Counted from the stretch's first letter, positions 1 through 10,770 are shown. The stretch is 64,000 nt of DNA from Candidatus Bathyarchaeota archaeon (GCA_963775685.1 CAVZJV010000014.1:1472001-1536000); one strand, 5' to 3'. The notes: generated by a model not told the origin, from the letters alone. Translations and numbers: made by a program.

Positions 1-336
1 ATGCCCTCTGAACTATCCAGCAGTATAGTAAAAAAAGCAGTCACTTTCGCTGAAAGACTAAACATGCCTATTATCGGCGTTGTGGAAAACATGAGTGGGT
101 TTGTCTGTCCACATTGTAACGAGAAAATCGAAATTTTCCAGTCAGGCGGCGGCAAAAAGATGGCTCAAGAAATGGATGTAGTATTTTTGGGTAGCATTCC
201 TATTGACCCTAAAGTGGGTGTGGATTCGGACAGAGGAACGCCTTTTATTTTGTCGCACAAGGATTCGGTTGCAGCTAAAGCTTTTATGGAATTTGTAAAA
301 AACGTCGAAGAATTTCTGAAAAAGAAACAAAAGTAA
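1..336 (+). CDS. Mrp/NBP35 Fe-S cluster carrier ATPase, C-terminal part (runs in from window edge)
   Basis: GVVENMS-x-FxCPHC and LGSIPIDP motifs typical of Mrp/ApbC/Nbp35. Confidence 0.92.
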   Translation: MPSELSSSIVKKAVTFAERLNMPIIGVVENMSGFVCPHCNEKIEIFQSGGGKKMAQEMDVVFLGSIPIDPKVGVDSDRGTPFILSHKDSVAAKAFMEFVKNVEEFLKKKQK

Positions 337-383
337 AAAGATTGGAGAGCTTAAAACTCCCAGTTTCAATTTTTTCCGTAGAT

Positions 384-674
384 CTACTCTTTTGTAAGAG
401 TAATTTCTATGGTTGAAACCATTCTGGACCTATTTTCGCCTTCTCTTGGTGGCATCTCTGCAGTACCGATTGCGATCTTTGTCACTTTGAGGTCTTTTAT
501 GAAGCGGCTTCTTGTGATTTCTGCAACGTCAACTGCTGTGGTGATTGCTTGTCCTCTGGCTTTTAGCGTAATCTCTTTGTTTACGCCTGAAGAGAACGCG
601 GTTATGATGGCGAGTACATAGCTCATTGGTGGTTTGTTTCCGACGAAAATTACGTCGTTAGCTTTTTCTGTCAT
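384..674 (-). CDS. albA: DNA/RNA-binding protein Alba
   Basis: IFVGNKPPMSYV, LKARGQAITTAVDVAE, VSTIEITL motifs. Start moved to ATG 674 based on upstream AGGAGTGA SD. Confidence 0.93.
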   Translation of the reverse strand: MTEKANDVIFVGNKPPMSYVLAIITAFSSGVNKEITLKARGQAITTAVDVAEITRSRFIKDLKVTKIAIGTAEMPPREGENRSRMVSTIEITLTKE

Positions 675-921
675 ATTCATATCACTCCTTTTTTTAGTTA
701 ATTTTGCGATGTAGTTCAATAGTAACAAAAAACTTCCTAATAAACCAAATTCATCAGCAGATAACCTGACGATTGATAACTTAAAAAAGACAATGCATTC
801 TGCGCTTAATCTTTACCCTTCCGCAAGTAAATTCCCAGATAACTTATTGATCCACATGAAAAAACGCTATAGATTTATACCTCAAACTTGAAGGGAAGAG
901 TGAAAACAGGAGAATTATTTC

Positions 922-1692
922 ATGTCTGTTTCGCCTGGCTTAAGAGAAGTTTTAGCTAGAAGAATCGCTGGAGAAATAATTCTTTCAAACAAACCAGGCT
1001 CAACAATGAGAAAGTGGCGTGAACTCTTCGCTGTTTCCCAAATCAACCTCTCCGAAGCCATGGGGCTCTCATCCTCGGTCATAAGCGACTATGAAAGCGG
1101 CAGAAGAAAAAGTCCAGGCGCCAAATTCATCCGCAGATTCGTGCTCTCACTTCTGCATATTGATGAGGACAAAGGGAGCCGATTCATCCGTGAATTCGCT
1201 AAACTAACCAGTTCACCTAGCATGGCGATTGTAGACCTCCGCGAGTTCCCCATACCCGTCAGGGTTGAGTACTTGTGCAAGGCTATAAGTGGCGAAGTAG
1301 TGGCTTGCAAAGAAAAATATATAAAAGAAGTCAATGGCTACACCGTCATCGACAGCAAAAAAGCAGTTGAAGCATACTCGGGCTCTGAGTATGGCCAGCT
1401 TTTTGGTGCCTCAACCGAGCGGGCCCTAATATTTACGAATGTTGAGGTAGGATGTTTACCCATGATGATTGTGCGTGTCAGCAATCTTAAACCACGCATT
1501 GTTGTTTTCCACAAAACCGTACCCGACGAGGAAACTATCAGGATAGCTGAATATGAGCAGATACCGCTGATTTACTCCACCTCGCCAAGTCTTGAGCAAC
1601 TGGTTAAGTCGCTACGTAAACTCTATCGCATAGCGTTGCGTGTGAAACTTGGCAGACGACGCGTCCGTCCGCCACCAAAAATAAGTGCCTAA
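922..1692 (+). CDS. Xre-family HTH transcriptional regulator with C-terminal DRTGG-like domain (conserved archaeal)
   Basis: RRIAGEII, MRKWRELF..SQ, SVISDYESGRRKSPG HTH; GYTVIDS and ERALIFT motifs. Confidence 0.85.
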   Translation: MSVSPGLREVLARRIAGEIILSNKPGSTMRKWRELFAVSQINLSEAMGLSSSVISDYESGRRKSPGAKFIRRFVLSLLHIDEDKGSRFIREFAKLTSSPSMAIVDLREFPIPVRVEYLCKAISGEVVACKEKYIKEVNGYTVIDSKKAVEAYSGSEYGQLFGASTERALIFTNVEVGCLPMMIVRVSNLKPRIVVFHKTVPDEETIRIAEYEQIPLIYSTSPSLEQLVKSLRKLYRIALRVKLGRRRVRPPPKISA

Positions 1693-1720
1693 AAAACTAA
1701 ACCCTTGTTTAATTATCTAA

Positions 1721-2989
1721 TTATCCTTGGATTTTGAACCTAAGAATCGCTGCAATACCACCGAAAGCATTTTTTAACATTTGCCCCTCTTCGGTTTCAC
1801 CTGAGATGATTTCGACTTCAGTGTTTGAGAGCTCGGCCAGTTCCGCCAAATCATCAACAACATCTTTCTTGTCAACTATAGTCATCGAGGGTGCTTTGCA
1901 TCCAGCGCAAGGTTTCCCAATTAAGCCCTTTTCAAAATTAGCAATTTCTTTGCCTTTAACGGTGTGTTGTTCCTCGAAGCCGCATGCACTGCACTTAACC
2001 GTTACGCTAATCAAATCAAGGTCCTCCGACATCAAAACTGTCCGCACTGCACCATTCTGTAGCAGTCGCCTCACTTCAGCTTCACCGTAAGTTATCATTC
2101 CTGTGTCGTGGCCGACTTCATAGAGGAATTTTTGCATGACTTCTTTTTCTTCGATGTAGCGAACTTTACGCATGATTTCAGGCGCTTTATCCACCACTTC
2201 CTTAACTCCTTGCTCCTCAACGTAAGCGGTATCTACGGTTTCGATGATCTTGTTTTTTAGTTGGTAGTTGAGGTATTCGCCTTTCTCAAAATCATATTTT
2301 GTTGGTCCAGGACCACCCAATATTATGCCTTTGAGGGTGTCGATTGGCAGGAATATGTCGTTAGCATGTGCTCCCACCCTCGTGAAGTACTCGTTGAGCT
2401 GCATGTCCCTAAGTCGCTCATAACGTCTCGCTGATTGTCCACCAGCACGGGTCTTTCCCGCAACACCTGAATGCATCGACCGAACAATCTGCAAGCGTTT
2501 CCCCTGCAACGTCGCAATCGTAGCATTGGAAGCATCCACAAGCAAAATACCGTAGGTTTCTTTTTCCCGCAGCATTTCTTGCAAGTGCTCAGCGTGGAAG
2601 CGTGAATCACACCGATAAAGAAAAATCTTTATTGGTTCAGGCGGAACGATGACGTAGGCTTCCATCCGTTCAGTTCCCGGAGCTGCACCTTCGGGCAACA
2701 GCGCGCCTGTAAAAATCACTATGCCTTTTTCTCCGGGGTCTTTAAAGAGCTTGAGTTTCTGCTGCGCCTTAACGATAGCATCAAGCACGTTTTTGCGGGT
2801 TACGTTGGATTTGATGTTGCTGGCGGTTCCGTATTCGTTGCGCAGAAGGCTAAGGGCCTCGCTGATTTGTTTGCCAGGCGGAACGTAGACTGTGATGAGT
2901 TCGGTGTGGCTACCCTCTTTGTTCGCTAGGGCATTGAGGGTTTTTCTTAGCCTGAATAGTTCAAGAGACGACTTTTTTGCAGTGCTCAA
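1721..2989 (-). CDS. prf1: Peptide chain release factor aRF1
   Basis: TELITVY, TASNIKS (NIKS), YRCDSRF, GGQSARR, FGGIAAILRF; CxxC/CxxC insert. Confidence 0.97.
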   Translation of the reverse strand: MSTAKKSSLELFRLRKTLNALANKEGSHTELITVYVPPGKQISEALSLLRNEYGTASNIKSNVTRKNVLDAIVKAQQKLKLFKDPGEKGIVIFTGALLPEGAAPGTERMEAYVIVPPEPIKIFLYRCDSRFHAEHLQEMLREKETYGILLVDASNATIATLQGKRLQIVRSMHSGVAGKTRAGGQSARRYERLRDMQLNEYFTRVGAHANDIFLPIDTLKGIILGGPGPTKYDFEKGEYLNYQLKNKIIETVDTAYVEEQGVKEVVDKAPEIMRKVRYIEEKEVMQKFLYEVGHDTGMITYGEAEVRRLLQNGAVRTVLMSEDLDLISVTVKCSACGFEEQHTVKGKEIANFEKGLIGKPCAGCKAPSMTIVDKKDVVDDLAELAELSNTEVEIISGETEEGQMLKNAFGGIAAILRFKIQG

Positions 2990-3071
2990 ATATACTTCAC
3001 TAAACTTGCGTTAATCCGCATAACTTACCTTATAAGCAATCAAATAAAAGTTCCGACTAAAAATCGGAAGG

Positions 3072-4085
3072 TTAAGCTTTTGCCTTAGCTGGCGAAGCCA
3101 AAGTTGCTTCAGGTGCTGGAGCGCCTATGGCGTCTCTAAGGTAAGCCTTGAATGGACCAAGCTTTCCACCGTAGTTACCTGATGAAATTTTTGCTACACC
3201 TGGCACGGCGATAGCCGCGGTTACACCTAGTTTGAGGGCTTTTTTAATGGCATCAAGCGATAGACCGTTTACTACAATTTCATAAACGCAAGTCACGCCT
3301 TCTGGAACAACTGAATCGGGCACTAGCGTGCGCAAGGTTGGACAGTATGGGTGGTTGGTTGACGCTTTTAGTTTGTATTTAAGCGAACCTGCTTTGCTTC
3401 CTGCACGGCAAATTCCTCCTGGGAAAATCATGATTACATCAGAAGCGCCTGTTCGGATTGCTTCGGCCGCTGCTTCGCTTGCTTTCAGTCCAGCTTCTTG
3501 GGTTTCAGCAAATATCATAAAGTTGCCGCCTGCGATTGCTTCCATGGCGCCAAAGCCATCTTCAACAATAAAGTTTCCTTCCATGACGGGGATTTTCCAG
3601 CATTTTCTTCCGCCAACCATAGCTTTTTTCTGGAATCCGTCTCCGAAGTATCGTAAACTACTGCCTACATTAAGGGTACGTTTGCCTGTTAAGCCGTTAA
3701 AAGCTGCGGTTGTTGGACAAGTTAGCGTGCATTGACCTATGCGTTCCATGAGTTGATGTTTGAGTTCGAAACGGTCTCGATTGTAAATTTGAATAAGGAC
3801 TCCGGGGCGTTTGTCTGGTGTTTGGTCTGCTGGAACTGGACCTTCGATGGATGCTTCGGCTGAAGCTGCAATTACACTCGTGGCAAAACCTGTGGTTAAG
3901 CTGGCGGCGATTTGCGCCCATTTCTCGTTTTGAGCGGTAATTAAAACTCTTCCTGCCCATAATGCGAACATTTCTGCAAAGGTGTCTTGTACCTTCACGA
4001 TGTTGCCGGAAGATCCTCTTACGAGGAACATTTTTTCGTTTTCGTCGTAGCCTTCGATTTTAAGCTGGTTAGTGTTTGATGACAT
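3072..4085 (-). CDS. ftr: Formylmethanofuran:tetrahydromethanopterin formyltransferase
   Basis: DTFAEMF, TGFATSVI, RIGQCTLTCPT, AIAGGNF, ASTNHPYCPTLR, GNYGGKLG. Start at ATG 4085 is a judgement. Confidence 0.95.
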   Translation of the reverse strand: MSSNTNQLKIEGYDENEKMFLVRGSSGNIVKVQDTFAEMFALWAGRVLITAQNEKWAQIAASLTTGFATSVIAASAEASIEGPVPADQTPDKRPGVLIQIYNRDRFELKHQLMERIGQCTLTCPTTAAFNGLTGKRTLNVGSSLRYFGDGFQKKAMVGGRKCWKIPVMEGNFIVEDGFGAMEAIAGGNFMIFAETQEAGLKASEAAAEAIRTGASDVIMIFPGGICRAGSKAGSLKYKLKASTNHPYCPTLRTLVPDSVVPEGVTCVYEIVVNGLSLDAIKKALKLGVTAAIAVPGVAKISSGNYGGKLGPFKAYLRDAIGAPAPEATLASPAKAKA

Positions 4086-4240
4086 GAAGGAGACCTTGCA
4101 GTTCAGTTGGGAATTGTATAATTTAAGAGTTTTCATGGTTTTTGCAGTTTCAACTTGCTGATTTTTAGATTATTTCAGCTCGTCTATTTTGGCTAAAACA
4201 GCAAAACGCAGATGTAAAACCACAAATAGCAAATGGGAAA

Positions 4241-4615
4241 TCAGGTAATATTGTCTGAGGAAGGCGGTTTAATCAAAGTTGATTTATCTGTTGTCGCCAA
4301 CTCGAAGGAAGTTGAGTTTTTTATGGCTTTTTTTGGGCAGGTGTCAGCGCATTGATAGCAGAAAACACATTTGGAAAGGTTGATTTGTGGCCGCTTCTTC
4401 TTTCCGTCAACCTCAACCATATCTATAGCTTTAGCAGGACAATCTCTGCTGCATAAACCGCATCCAATGCACAAATCAAAATCAAAAACTGGTTGACCGC
4501 GGAAATTATCCGATAATTGAGGCTTTACAGAGGGATACTTGGTTGTCGCTGGTTTGGTAAAGACTTGCTCTACCGCTTTTTTAGCAATTTGAGGAATACG
4601 CAGTTTTCTTCCCAA
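4241..4615 (-). CDS. 2x[4Fe-4S] ferredoxin-type subunit (NuoI/EchF-like)
   Basis: PATTKYP..FRG, CIGCGLCSRDCP and CVFCYQCADTCP. Confidence 0.88.
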   Translation of the reverse strand: MGRKLRIPQIAKKAVEQVFTKPATTKYPSVKPQLSDNFRGQPVFDFDLCIGCGLCSRDCPAKAIDMVEVDGKKKRPQINLSKCVFCYQCADTCPKKAIKNSTSFELATTDKSTLIKPPSSDNIT

Positions 4616-4805
4616 TTATAAAAACTCCAAATGTTAAAGTTCAATAGCAATTTTTGCAGTGCTATAAAATAGGTTTCGGGATTTTTATTTATTACTGATG
4701 TAATTTCTTTGAAAACCAAAAGTCCAAGAAAAAATACTGTTGTAGTTGCTAAACAATCACGTATGCTTAATTGCTACTCAACTAATCAATGTCTTGTGAG
4801 GTAAT

Positions 4806-5030
4806 ATGCCTATTAATGAGAAGATAGGAATTATCCGATTTTGCGAAACACCAAAAGATAAGAGCAGAATCAAAAGCAGATTAGGTTTAAATGATGTACA
4901 AGCCGAATCCTATTTGACAATTCTCACAAGGCAATGCATGCTTACGCAAAACAACAACAAATATGTCGTCACTGCGAAGGGACAAAGCTACATTTTTACC
5001 TCGGACAGAATTAGAAAAATCAAAGCCTAA
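4806..5030 (+). CDS. Small winged-HTH protein
   Basis: YL..L...ML....Y.VTAKG wing motif of short archaeal wHTH proteins. Confidence 0.65.
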   Translation: MPINEKIGIIRFCETPKDKSRIKSRLGLNDVQAESYLTILTRQCMLTQNNNKYVVTAKGQSYIFTSDRIRKIKA

Positions 5031-5185
5031 TTTATAGCGGAATCAAATTTTTATCCTAATCCGCCAGTTAGGGCACAGATGGAGTTCAGGCAACAGTTTT
5101 ATTGTGAAAGAAAAATTGCTTTTGCTTCATTTGGGGTAAACTCTTTATCAACTTGTCGCACCAATATAACTCTGAAGGTTAAGCA

Positions 5186-6010
5186 ATGAAAAACCCAACC
5201 GACTGGCAACAAATACTCCTCGAATGCAAAAACAGCATACAAAAAAGCATCAAACCATGTCTCAAAACCCTAAAGGAGCCACAGCCTAACTTGGGCATGG
5301 GAGCTGGCGGAGATGTCATGAAACCTGTGGATTTAGCGGCTGAAACTGCAATAGTAGAAACCCTTCAGCGGAACAGTGTTTCATTTACGCTCATTAGCGA
5401 GGAATCAGGCATCAAAAAGTTCGGCATTCACCCTGAAGAGTGCTATGTTACGGTTGACCCCATAGATGGAACAACCAATTTAATTCATGGGTTACCATTT
5501 TATGCTTCCTCAATTGCCATTTCAAACAAACCTGAATTAGCCGATGTTTACGCAGGCATGGTTGTCGACCTTGCTCATGAGGTAACGTACACAGCGTTTA
5601 AAGGTGAAGGCGCATATCGAGATGGCGAAAAAATGGAAACAGCAAAAACCACGTCGTTAGATACTGCACTTGTGGGCTTAGATTTAAACACTTACAAAAC
5701 CAAAAAAGTAGTCCCAAAAGTTACTTCATTAATCGTAAGCACTAAGCACAATCGGCATTTTGGAGCTAATGCACTTGAGATCTGTTACGTTGCTAACGGC
5801 TTGACAGATGCCTTCATCGACTTGCGGGAAAAAATCCGAACCACTGACGTCGCCGCTGGATTCCTTATCGTAAAAGAGGCAGGTGGAATAGTAACCACTT
5901 CCGACAATCAAACTTTGAACGTCAAGTTGGATCCCCAGCAAAAGCTAAGTTTTATTGCCTCAGCGAATTCTGAGATTCACCAGAAAATCGTAAACTTGGT
6001 TAATATTTAA
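5186..6010 (+). CDS. suhB: Inositol monophosphatase / fructose-1,6-bisphosphatase
   Basis: MGAGGD, ISEESG, VDPIDGTTN, DVAAG motifs. Confidence 0.92.
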   Translation: MKNPTDWQQILLECKNSIQKSIKPCLKTLKEPQPNLGMGAGGDVMKPVDLAAETAIVETLQRNSVSFTLISEESGIKKFGIHPEECYVTVDPIDGTTNLIHGLPFYASSIAISNKPELADVYAGMVVDLAHEVTYTAFKGEGAYRDGEKMETAKTTSLDTALVGLDLNTYKTKKVVPKVTSLIVSTKHNRHFGANALEICYVANGLTDAFIDLREKIRTTDVAAGFLIVKEAGGIVTTSDNQTLNVKLDPQQKLSFIASANSEIHQKIVNLVNI

Positions 6011-6852
6011 TGTTAAATTTGCTTTTACCGCATCCTGCAGCGCTCATAAAAACAGGTAAAACAAAAACGCTTCTTATCGCCGACCCTCATATAGGCTGGG
6101 AAATGGAGCTTCAAAAAAAAGGCATCCATGTGCCCAGCCAAACATACAAAATACTAAACAAGCTAAGGGCTATAATTGCCGAATCTAAGCCTGACAAATT
6201 AGTTATTTTGGGCGATGTTAAGTTCACAGTTGTTTCCCACCAATTTGGCGAATGGCAGGACATCCCTGCTTTTTTTAAGAACCTCGAAGGCAAAATTGGC
6301 AGTATATCTATTGTTCGAGGAAATCACGATGCGAGTCTAGAGCCGTTGCTACCAGAAAACGTTGAGCTTTTACCTGCGACGGGAGTAGTTATTGGTGATG
6401 TTGGGGTTTTTCATGGACACAAATGGCCTTCACCAGCACTGTTGGGATGTAAGACATTAGTTATGGGTCATCTGCACCCCATGGTGGTTTTCCGCGATCC
6501 AGCAGGCTTTAAGATGACTAGGCAAGTGTGGATGAAAGCGAAATGCAACACCGAAGCTTTAGCAAAAGTCCTGTTGCTGAAGAGCAGAATAAAAACCGAT
6601 AGTTCGGCAGCTGAAATCTTGCAGAAACACTTTAATGTCAAGCTGAAGGCATCGGAACTTTTCATTATGCCCAGTTTCAATGATTTTCTCGGTGGCAGGC
6701 CTATAAACGAAACTGGACCCCGAAAAGATATGGGGAGCGAAACGTTGATTGGCCCTGTGTTGCGTTCGGAAGCAGTCGATGTAGGTGGAGCTGAGCTTTA
6801 CCTTTTAGATGGCACTTACCTTGGAACACTAAACCAGCTTAGGCGATTGTGA
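6010..6852 (+). CDS. Metallophosphoesterase (calcineurin-like)
   Basis: ADPHIG, ILGDVK, RGNHD, FHGH, MGHLHP, MPSFN. Confidence 0.9.
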   Translation: MLNLLLPHPAALIKTGKTKTLLIADPHIGWEMELQKKGIHVPSQTYKILNKLRAIIAESKPDKLVILGDVKFTVVSHQFGEWQDIPAFFKNLEGKIGSISIVRGNHDASLEPLLPENVELLPATGVVIGDVGVFHGHKWPSPALLGCKTLVMGHLHPMVVFRDPAGFKMTRQVWMKAKCNTEALAKVLLLKSRIKTDSSAAEILQKHFNVKLKASELFIMPSFNDFLGGRPINETGPRKDMGSETLIGPVLRSEAVDVGGAELYLLDGTYLGTLNQLRRL

Positions 6853-6928
6853 TTAGTTAGGGTTTGTTACGCTAATTTTATATTTGCCACATGTTATAAG
6901 CATGATATAGTTGAGGAGGATAAACAAA

Positions 6929-7081
6929 TTGAAATTAGTAACCGTCTTATTACCAGAAGCTTACCTGGAAGGTTTAGATGAATTAGTCCGAGCAAACATG
7001 TACCCAAGCCGAAGCAGCGTAATTCGGTCTTCGGTTCGAGATCTGCTCAAAAAAGAGCTTTGGGAAAACAAACGCAGATAA
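6929..7081 (+). CDS. Small ribbon-helix-helix regulator (CopG/CdrS-like), not in ORF track
   Basis: Manual translation MKLVTVLLPEAYLEGLDELVRANMYPSRSSVIRSSVRDLLKKELWENKRR; TTG start after GAGGAGG SD. Confidence 0.88.
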   Translation: MKLVTVLLPEAYLEGLDELVRANMYPSRSSVIRSSVRDLLKKELWENKRR

Positions 7082-7089
7082 AACTGCGG

Positions 7090-7857
7090 CTAAATTCCTT
7101 TTATCGAATCACAAAGTGCACGTGCAGCTTGGGCTGGGTTGTCCGAGTTAGTTATTTCTCTTCCAACGATAAGGTAACTGGCCCCCGCTTTAACTGCAGT
7201 TTCTGCAGCACCGCCTTGAGCACCCACACCAGGCGAGTAAATAGCCACTTCGTCTTTTAGAATCTGCTTTATTTCAACAATCTTTGCTGGAACCGTCGCT
7301 CCAACCACGACCCCGTCAGCACCCCACTTCAAAGCTTTCTTGGCAAACGAAACATATTGTGGAGTTTGTTCGCCTGTTTCTGGGTCGATTACTATTTGGC
7401 CATATCCTTCATTTGCGCCTTTATGGCTCATATAGGTAAGCAGTATTATACCTCGATGGAGCCGTTTTGATGCATCAAAGAGAGGTTTTAGACCTTCTTT
7501 CCAACCAACAAATGGGTTGGCGATTATAGCGTCAAAACCTGCCGCAAAATAGTACTCACCGATTATCTGGTTAGTGTTACCAATGTCGTTAACTTTAGCA
7601 TCCATGATCGCGAGCATTCCTTGACCACGAATCTGCTCAACAAGCGACTGCACGCCATCAAAGGTGCCGAGAGGAAGAGTCAAATGATGATTAATCTTTA
7701 CTGCGCAAACGTAGGGGTGAACCGCTTTGAGGACTTTTTGTGCTTTAACCAAAATTTTGTCTCGATTATCTGCAGGTTCAAAGGGGAAATCTAACGCTAA
7801 AACAAGACGTGAATTCTTGCTTTTTGCTGATTCCTGCATTTTCTCTTTAAACGACAA
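7090..7857 (-). CDS. pyrF: Orotidine 5'-phosphate decarboxylase
   Basis: LVLALD, DAKVNDIGNT, VVGAT, PGVGAQGG, IVGREI. Confidence 0.95.
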   Translation of the reverse strand: MSFKEKMQESAKSKNSRLVLALDFPFEPADNRDKILVKAQKVLKAVHPYVCAVKINHHLTLPLGTFDGVQSLVEQIRGQGMLAIMDAKVNDIGNTNQIIGEYYFAAGFDAIIANPFVGWKEGLKPLFDASKRLHRGIILLTYMSHKGANEGYGQIVIDPETGEQTPQYVSFAKKALKWGADGVVVGATVPAKIVEIKQILKDEVAIYSPGVGAQGGAAETAVKAGASYLIVGREITNSDNPAQAARALCDSIKGI

Positions 7858-8015
7858 TAGCTATGCCTCTTGATGTATTTGTTTAACGCTTAACTATTTC
7901 ATTTTTTCCGTTAAAAAAGCAGTTAAACCTTCAAGTTGTATGCGAAACTTAAAATTTCCCTCTTTTCAATGTGGCTATATCAACATTTAATGAGCATTCA
8001 AAAGGGGATTGAAAA

Positions 8016-9929
8016 TTGAGCAAAACTGTTGCTGAAAAAGTCATTAGCCGACACTTAACCAGTGGACAGCTAACTGCTTGCGAAGAAATCGCATTGAAAA
8101 TAGACCATACGCTAACTCAGGATTCTACAGGCACACTAGCTTACCTTGAGTTCGAAGCCATGGGCATCTCCAAAGTCAAAACAGAACTGAGCCTGAGCTT
8201 TGTTGACCACAACATGCTTCAAAACGATTTCCGCAACGCCGATGACCACCGCTATCTGCAAGGAGTAGCAGCAAAATATGGCATCGTCTTCTCGCGTCCC
8301 GGCAACGGGATTTGCCACCAACTCTACCTTGAACGCTTCGCGAAACCAGGAGCCACACTTTTAGGCAGCGACAGCCACACACCCACGGCAGGAGGCATGG
8401 GTGAAATCGCCATTGGAGCTGGAGGTTTAGATGTGGCCGCAGCGATGGCTGGTGAACCCTTTTATCTAGAAATGCCAAGCATTCTCGGAGTAAAATTAAC
8501 TGGAAAACTCTTGCCGTTTGTCTCCGCAAAAGACGTCGTACTTCAAATCCTTAAACAATTAACCGTCAAAGGCGGCGTAAACAAAATCATAGAATACTTC
8601 GGTTCAGGCGTCAAAACCCTTAGCGTACCTGAGCGGGGCACCATAACCAACATGGGCACCGAAACAGGTGCCACGACATCCATCTTCCCTTCTGACCAAA
8701 CAACAAAGGCTTTTCTGAGAGGCCAAGGACGGGAAGAACAATGGAGCGAGTTAAAAGCAGATGAAGACTCCGAATACGCTGAAACTATCGAAATCGACTT
8801 GGCAAAAGTTGAACCTCAAATAGCGTTGCCTCATAGCCCAGACAACGTAAAAGCTGTCAGCGACCTTGAGGGCACCCCAGTTGACCAAGTCTGCATCGGC
8901 AGCTGTACTAACTCTTCATTGCGAGACCTCAAAATCGTCTCCGCCCTTTTGAGAGGCAAAAAAATCAGTGAAAACACAAGCCTCACTGTCTCCGCGGGAT
9001 CTAGGCAAGCCATGCAAAACTTAGCCGTTTCAGGCGAGCTTGAACCCCTAATTGCGTCGGGCGCCAGAATTCTGGAGAATACCTGTGGTCCCTGCATTGG
9101 CATAGGGCAGGCCCCTACATCGGAGGGTGTGTCACTTCGTACGTTTAACCGAAACTTCAAGGGACGCAGCGGAACCCAAGATGCAAAAGTCTATTTAGTT
9201 AGCCCGGAAACAGCGGTTGCAGCAGCACTCACCGGCAAGATAACAGACCCACGCAAACTCGGCAAGTTCCCGCCGATAGTGATGCCTGAGAAGTTTGTAC
9301 TAAGCGACGCCATGTTCATTTACCCCAGTGAAAAACCAGCAGCTAAAGTTATTATGGGACCAAACATCAAACCCTTGCCAACCTTCAAGCCTACATCCGA
9401 CAACTTAACCGGTGATGTCCTACTCAAGACAGGTGATAACATTACAACTGATGACATCTTGCCCGGCGGCTCCGAAATCATGTCACTGCGCAGCAACATT
9501 CCAGAAATAAGCAAGTACACCTTTGTCCACGTCGACAAAACCTTCGCAAATCGAGCTATGGAGAGGAGTGGTGGATTTATCGTTGGCGGCGAAAACTATG
9601 GACAAGGCTCTTCACGAGAACACGCAGCATTGGCACCGAAATACCTAGGCGTCAAAGCCATCATCGCCAAGTCTTTTGCCAGGATACACATGGCTAACCT
9701 TGTTAACTTTGGCATATTACCCTTAACATTTTCAAACAAACAAGACTACGATGGCATAGCTCAGGGCGATAAACTGGCCGTGAATATTAAAGAGTTAAAA
9801 GAACGCTTGCAGGTTAAAAATTTGACAAAGGGCAACGCCTTCGAGGTTGCTTTGAACCTTAGCGACTTGGAGAAGAGCATGGTTAAAGCAGGCGGAAAAT
9901 TGGCTGCTATAAAAGCAAAACAAAAATAA
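8016..9929 (+). CDS. Aconitate hydratase (single-chain archaeal type)
   Basis: QDSTG, VDHN, GICHQ, GSDSHT, IGSCTN, CGPCIG, TDDILP, NYGQGSSREHA. Confidence 0.93.
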   Translation: MSKTVAEKVISRHLTSGQLTACEEIALKIDHTLTQDSTGTLAYLEFEAMGISKVKTELSLSFVDHNMLQNDFRNADDHRYLQGVAAKYGIVFSRPGNGICHQLYLERFAKPGATLLGSDSHTPTAGGMGEIAIGAGGLDVAAAMAGEPFYLEMPSILGVKLTGKLLPFVSAKDVVLQILKQLTVKGGVNKIIEYFGSGVKTLSVPERGTITNMGTETGATTSIFPSDQTTKAFLRGQGREEQWSELKADEDSEYAETIEIDLAKVEPQIALPHSPDNVKAVSDLEGTPVDQVCIGSCTNSSLRDLKIVSALLRGKKISENTSLTVSAGSRQAMQNLAVSGELEPLIASGARILENTCGPCIGIGQAPTSEGVSLRTFNRNFKGRSGTQDAKVYLVSPETAVAAALTGKITDPRKLGKFPPIVMPEKFVLSDAMFIYPSEKPAAKVIMGPNIKPLPTFKPTSDNLTGDVLLKTGDNITTDDILPGGSEIMSLRSNIPEISKYTFVHVDKTFANRAMERSGGFIVGGENYGQGSSREHAALAPKYLGVKAIIAKSFARIHMANLVNFGILPLTFSNKQDYDGIAQGDKLAVNIKELKERLQVKNLTKGNAFEVALNLSDLEKSMVKAGGKLAAIKAKQK

Positions 9930-9970
9930 ATTCTATTTTCTGTCTAAATCCCCAAAATTGAAAGATAATC

Positions 9971-10678
9971 TTAGACAGCCCAAACCGAGCAGCTGACAAG
10001 TCGCCAAGTTATGGCTTCAGTCTTTAACGGATTATTAAAGGCTGTGACGTTGTTTAGCGTATCGAGCATTCCTGTTTGTTTATCGAAATAAACGCCAGTA
10101 TAGTCATCACGAAGCGTACTATGTGTCGGGTCGTTGACATCAAAGAACTGGTTTTCTATGAACCAGAAGTTCATTTGTCTTGTGCTACCAGCATAGGTTT
10201 TTGTGTCAGTTGCATTGACAGTTAACCTGTCATCGGTTGGGCGAATCCTATCACCTACGTTTAGGTTAGCTGAGTAAATAGCCCAAAAGCCATTAGGGAC
10301 GCTTTCTTGTCCAGTTGTCAAATCAATCGTTTGTTGGCCAGCCACTTCTGTCCCATTCAAGAACCGCCACACTGTACTTAGCGAAACATTTGTCCCTGTA
10401 ATCTCTGTTACAGTTACTTTGTAGTAGTCTGTTTGGTTATATTGCTCAAAACCAGGGGTAACTGTAGCATCTGGACTGTCAAACGACACTGATCCAGTTA
10501 TGCTGTAGGTGAAGTTATCTCCAACATGTACACCCACCGTCGCCATTGGACCGCGTGGCCAAGCTGCATATGCTACTGCTGCAACTGAAACAGATAATAC
10601 AATTATTAGGAGTAGGGCAATGTATAGTTTCCTTTTGGAGCGTTTCCTTTGAATAGCCATAGCTCTAACATTGCCCAA
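9971..10678 (-). CDS. Membrane-anchored/secreted hypothetical protein
   Basis: Basic N-terminus plus TM helix; GVHVGDNFTY and YFDKQTGML motifs; many N-glycosylation sequons. Confidence 0.7.
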   Translation of the reverse strand: MGNVRAMAIQRKRSKRKLYIALLLIIVLSVSVAAVAYAAWPRGPMATVGVHVGDNFTYSITGSVSFDSPDATVTPGFEQYNQTDYYKVTVTEITGTNVSLSTVWRFLNGTEVAGQQTIDLTTGQESVPNGFWAIYSANLNVGDRIRPTDDRLTVNATDTKTYAGSTRQMNFWFIENQFFDVNDPTHSTLRDDYTGVYFDKQTGMLDTLNNVTAFNNPLKTEAITWRLVSCSVWAV

Positions 10679-10770
10679 ATCGGGTATTTAGTTGTTTTCC
10701 CAAAACCCTATAAAAAATAAGGAGGACCTTTAAAGATGAAACTCCTTGCCAAAGTCAATGTTAGGATTAT

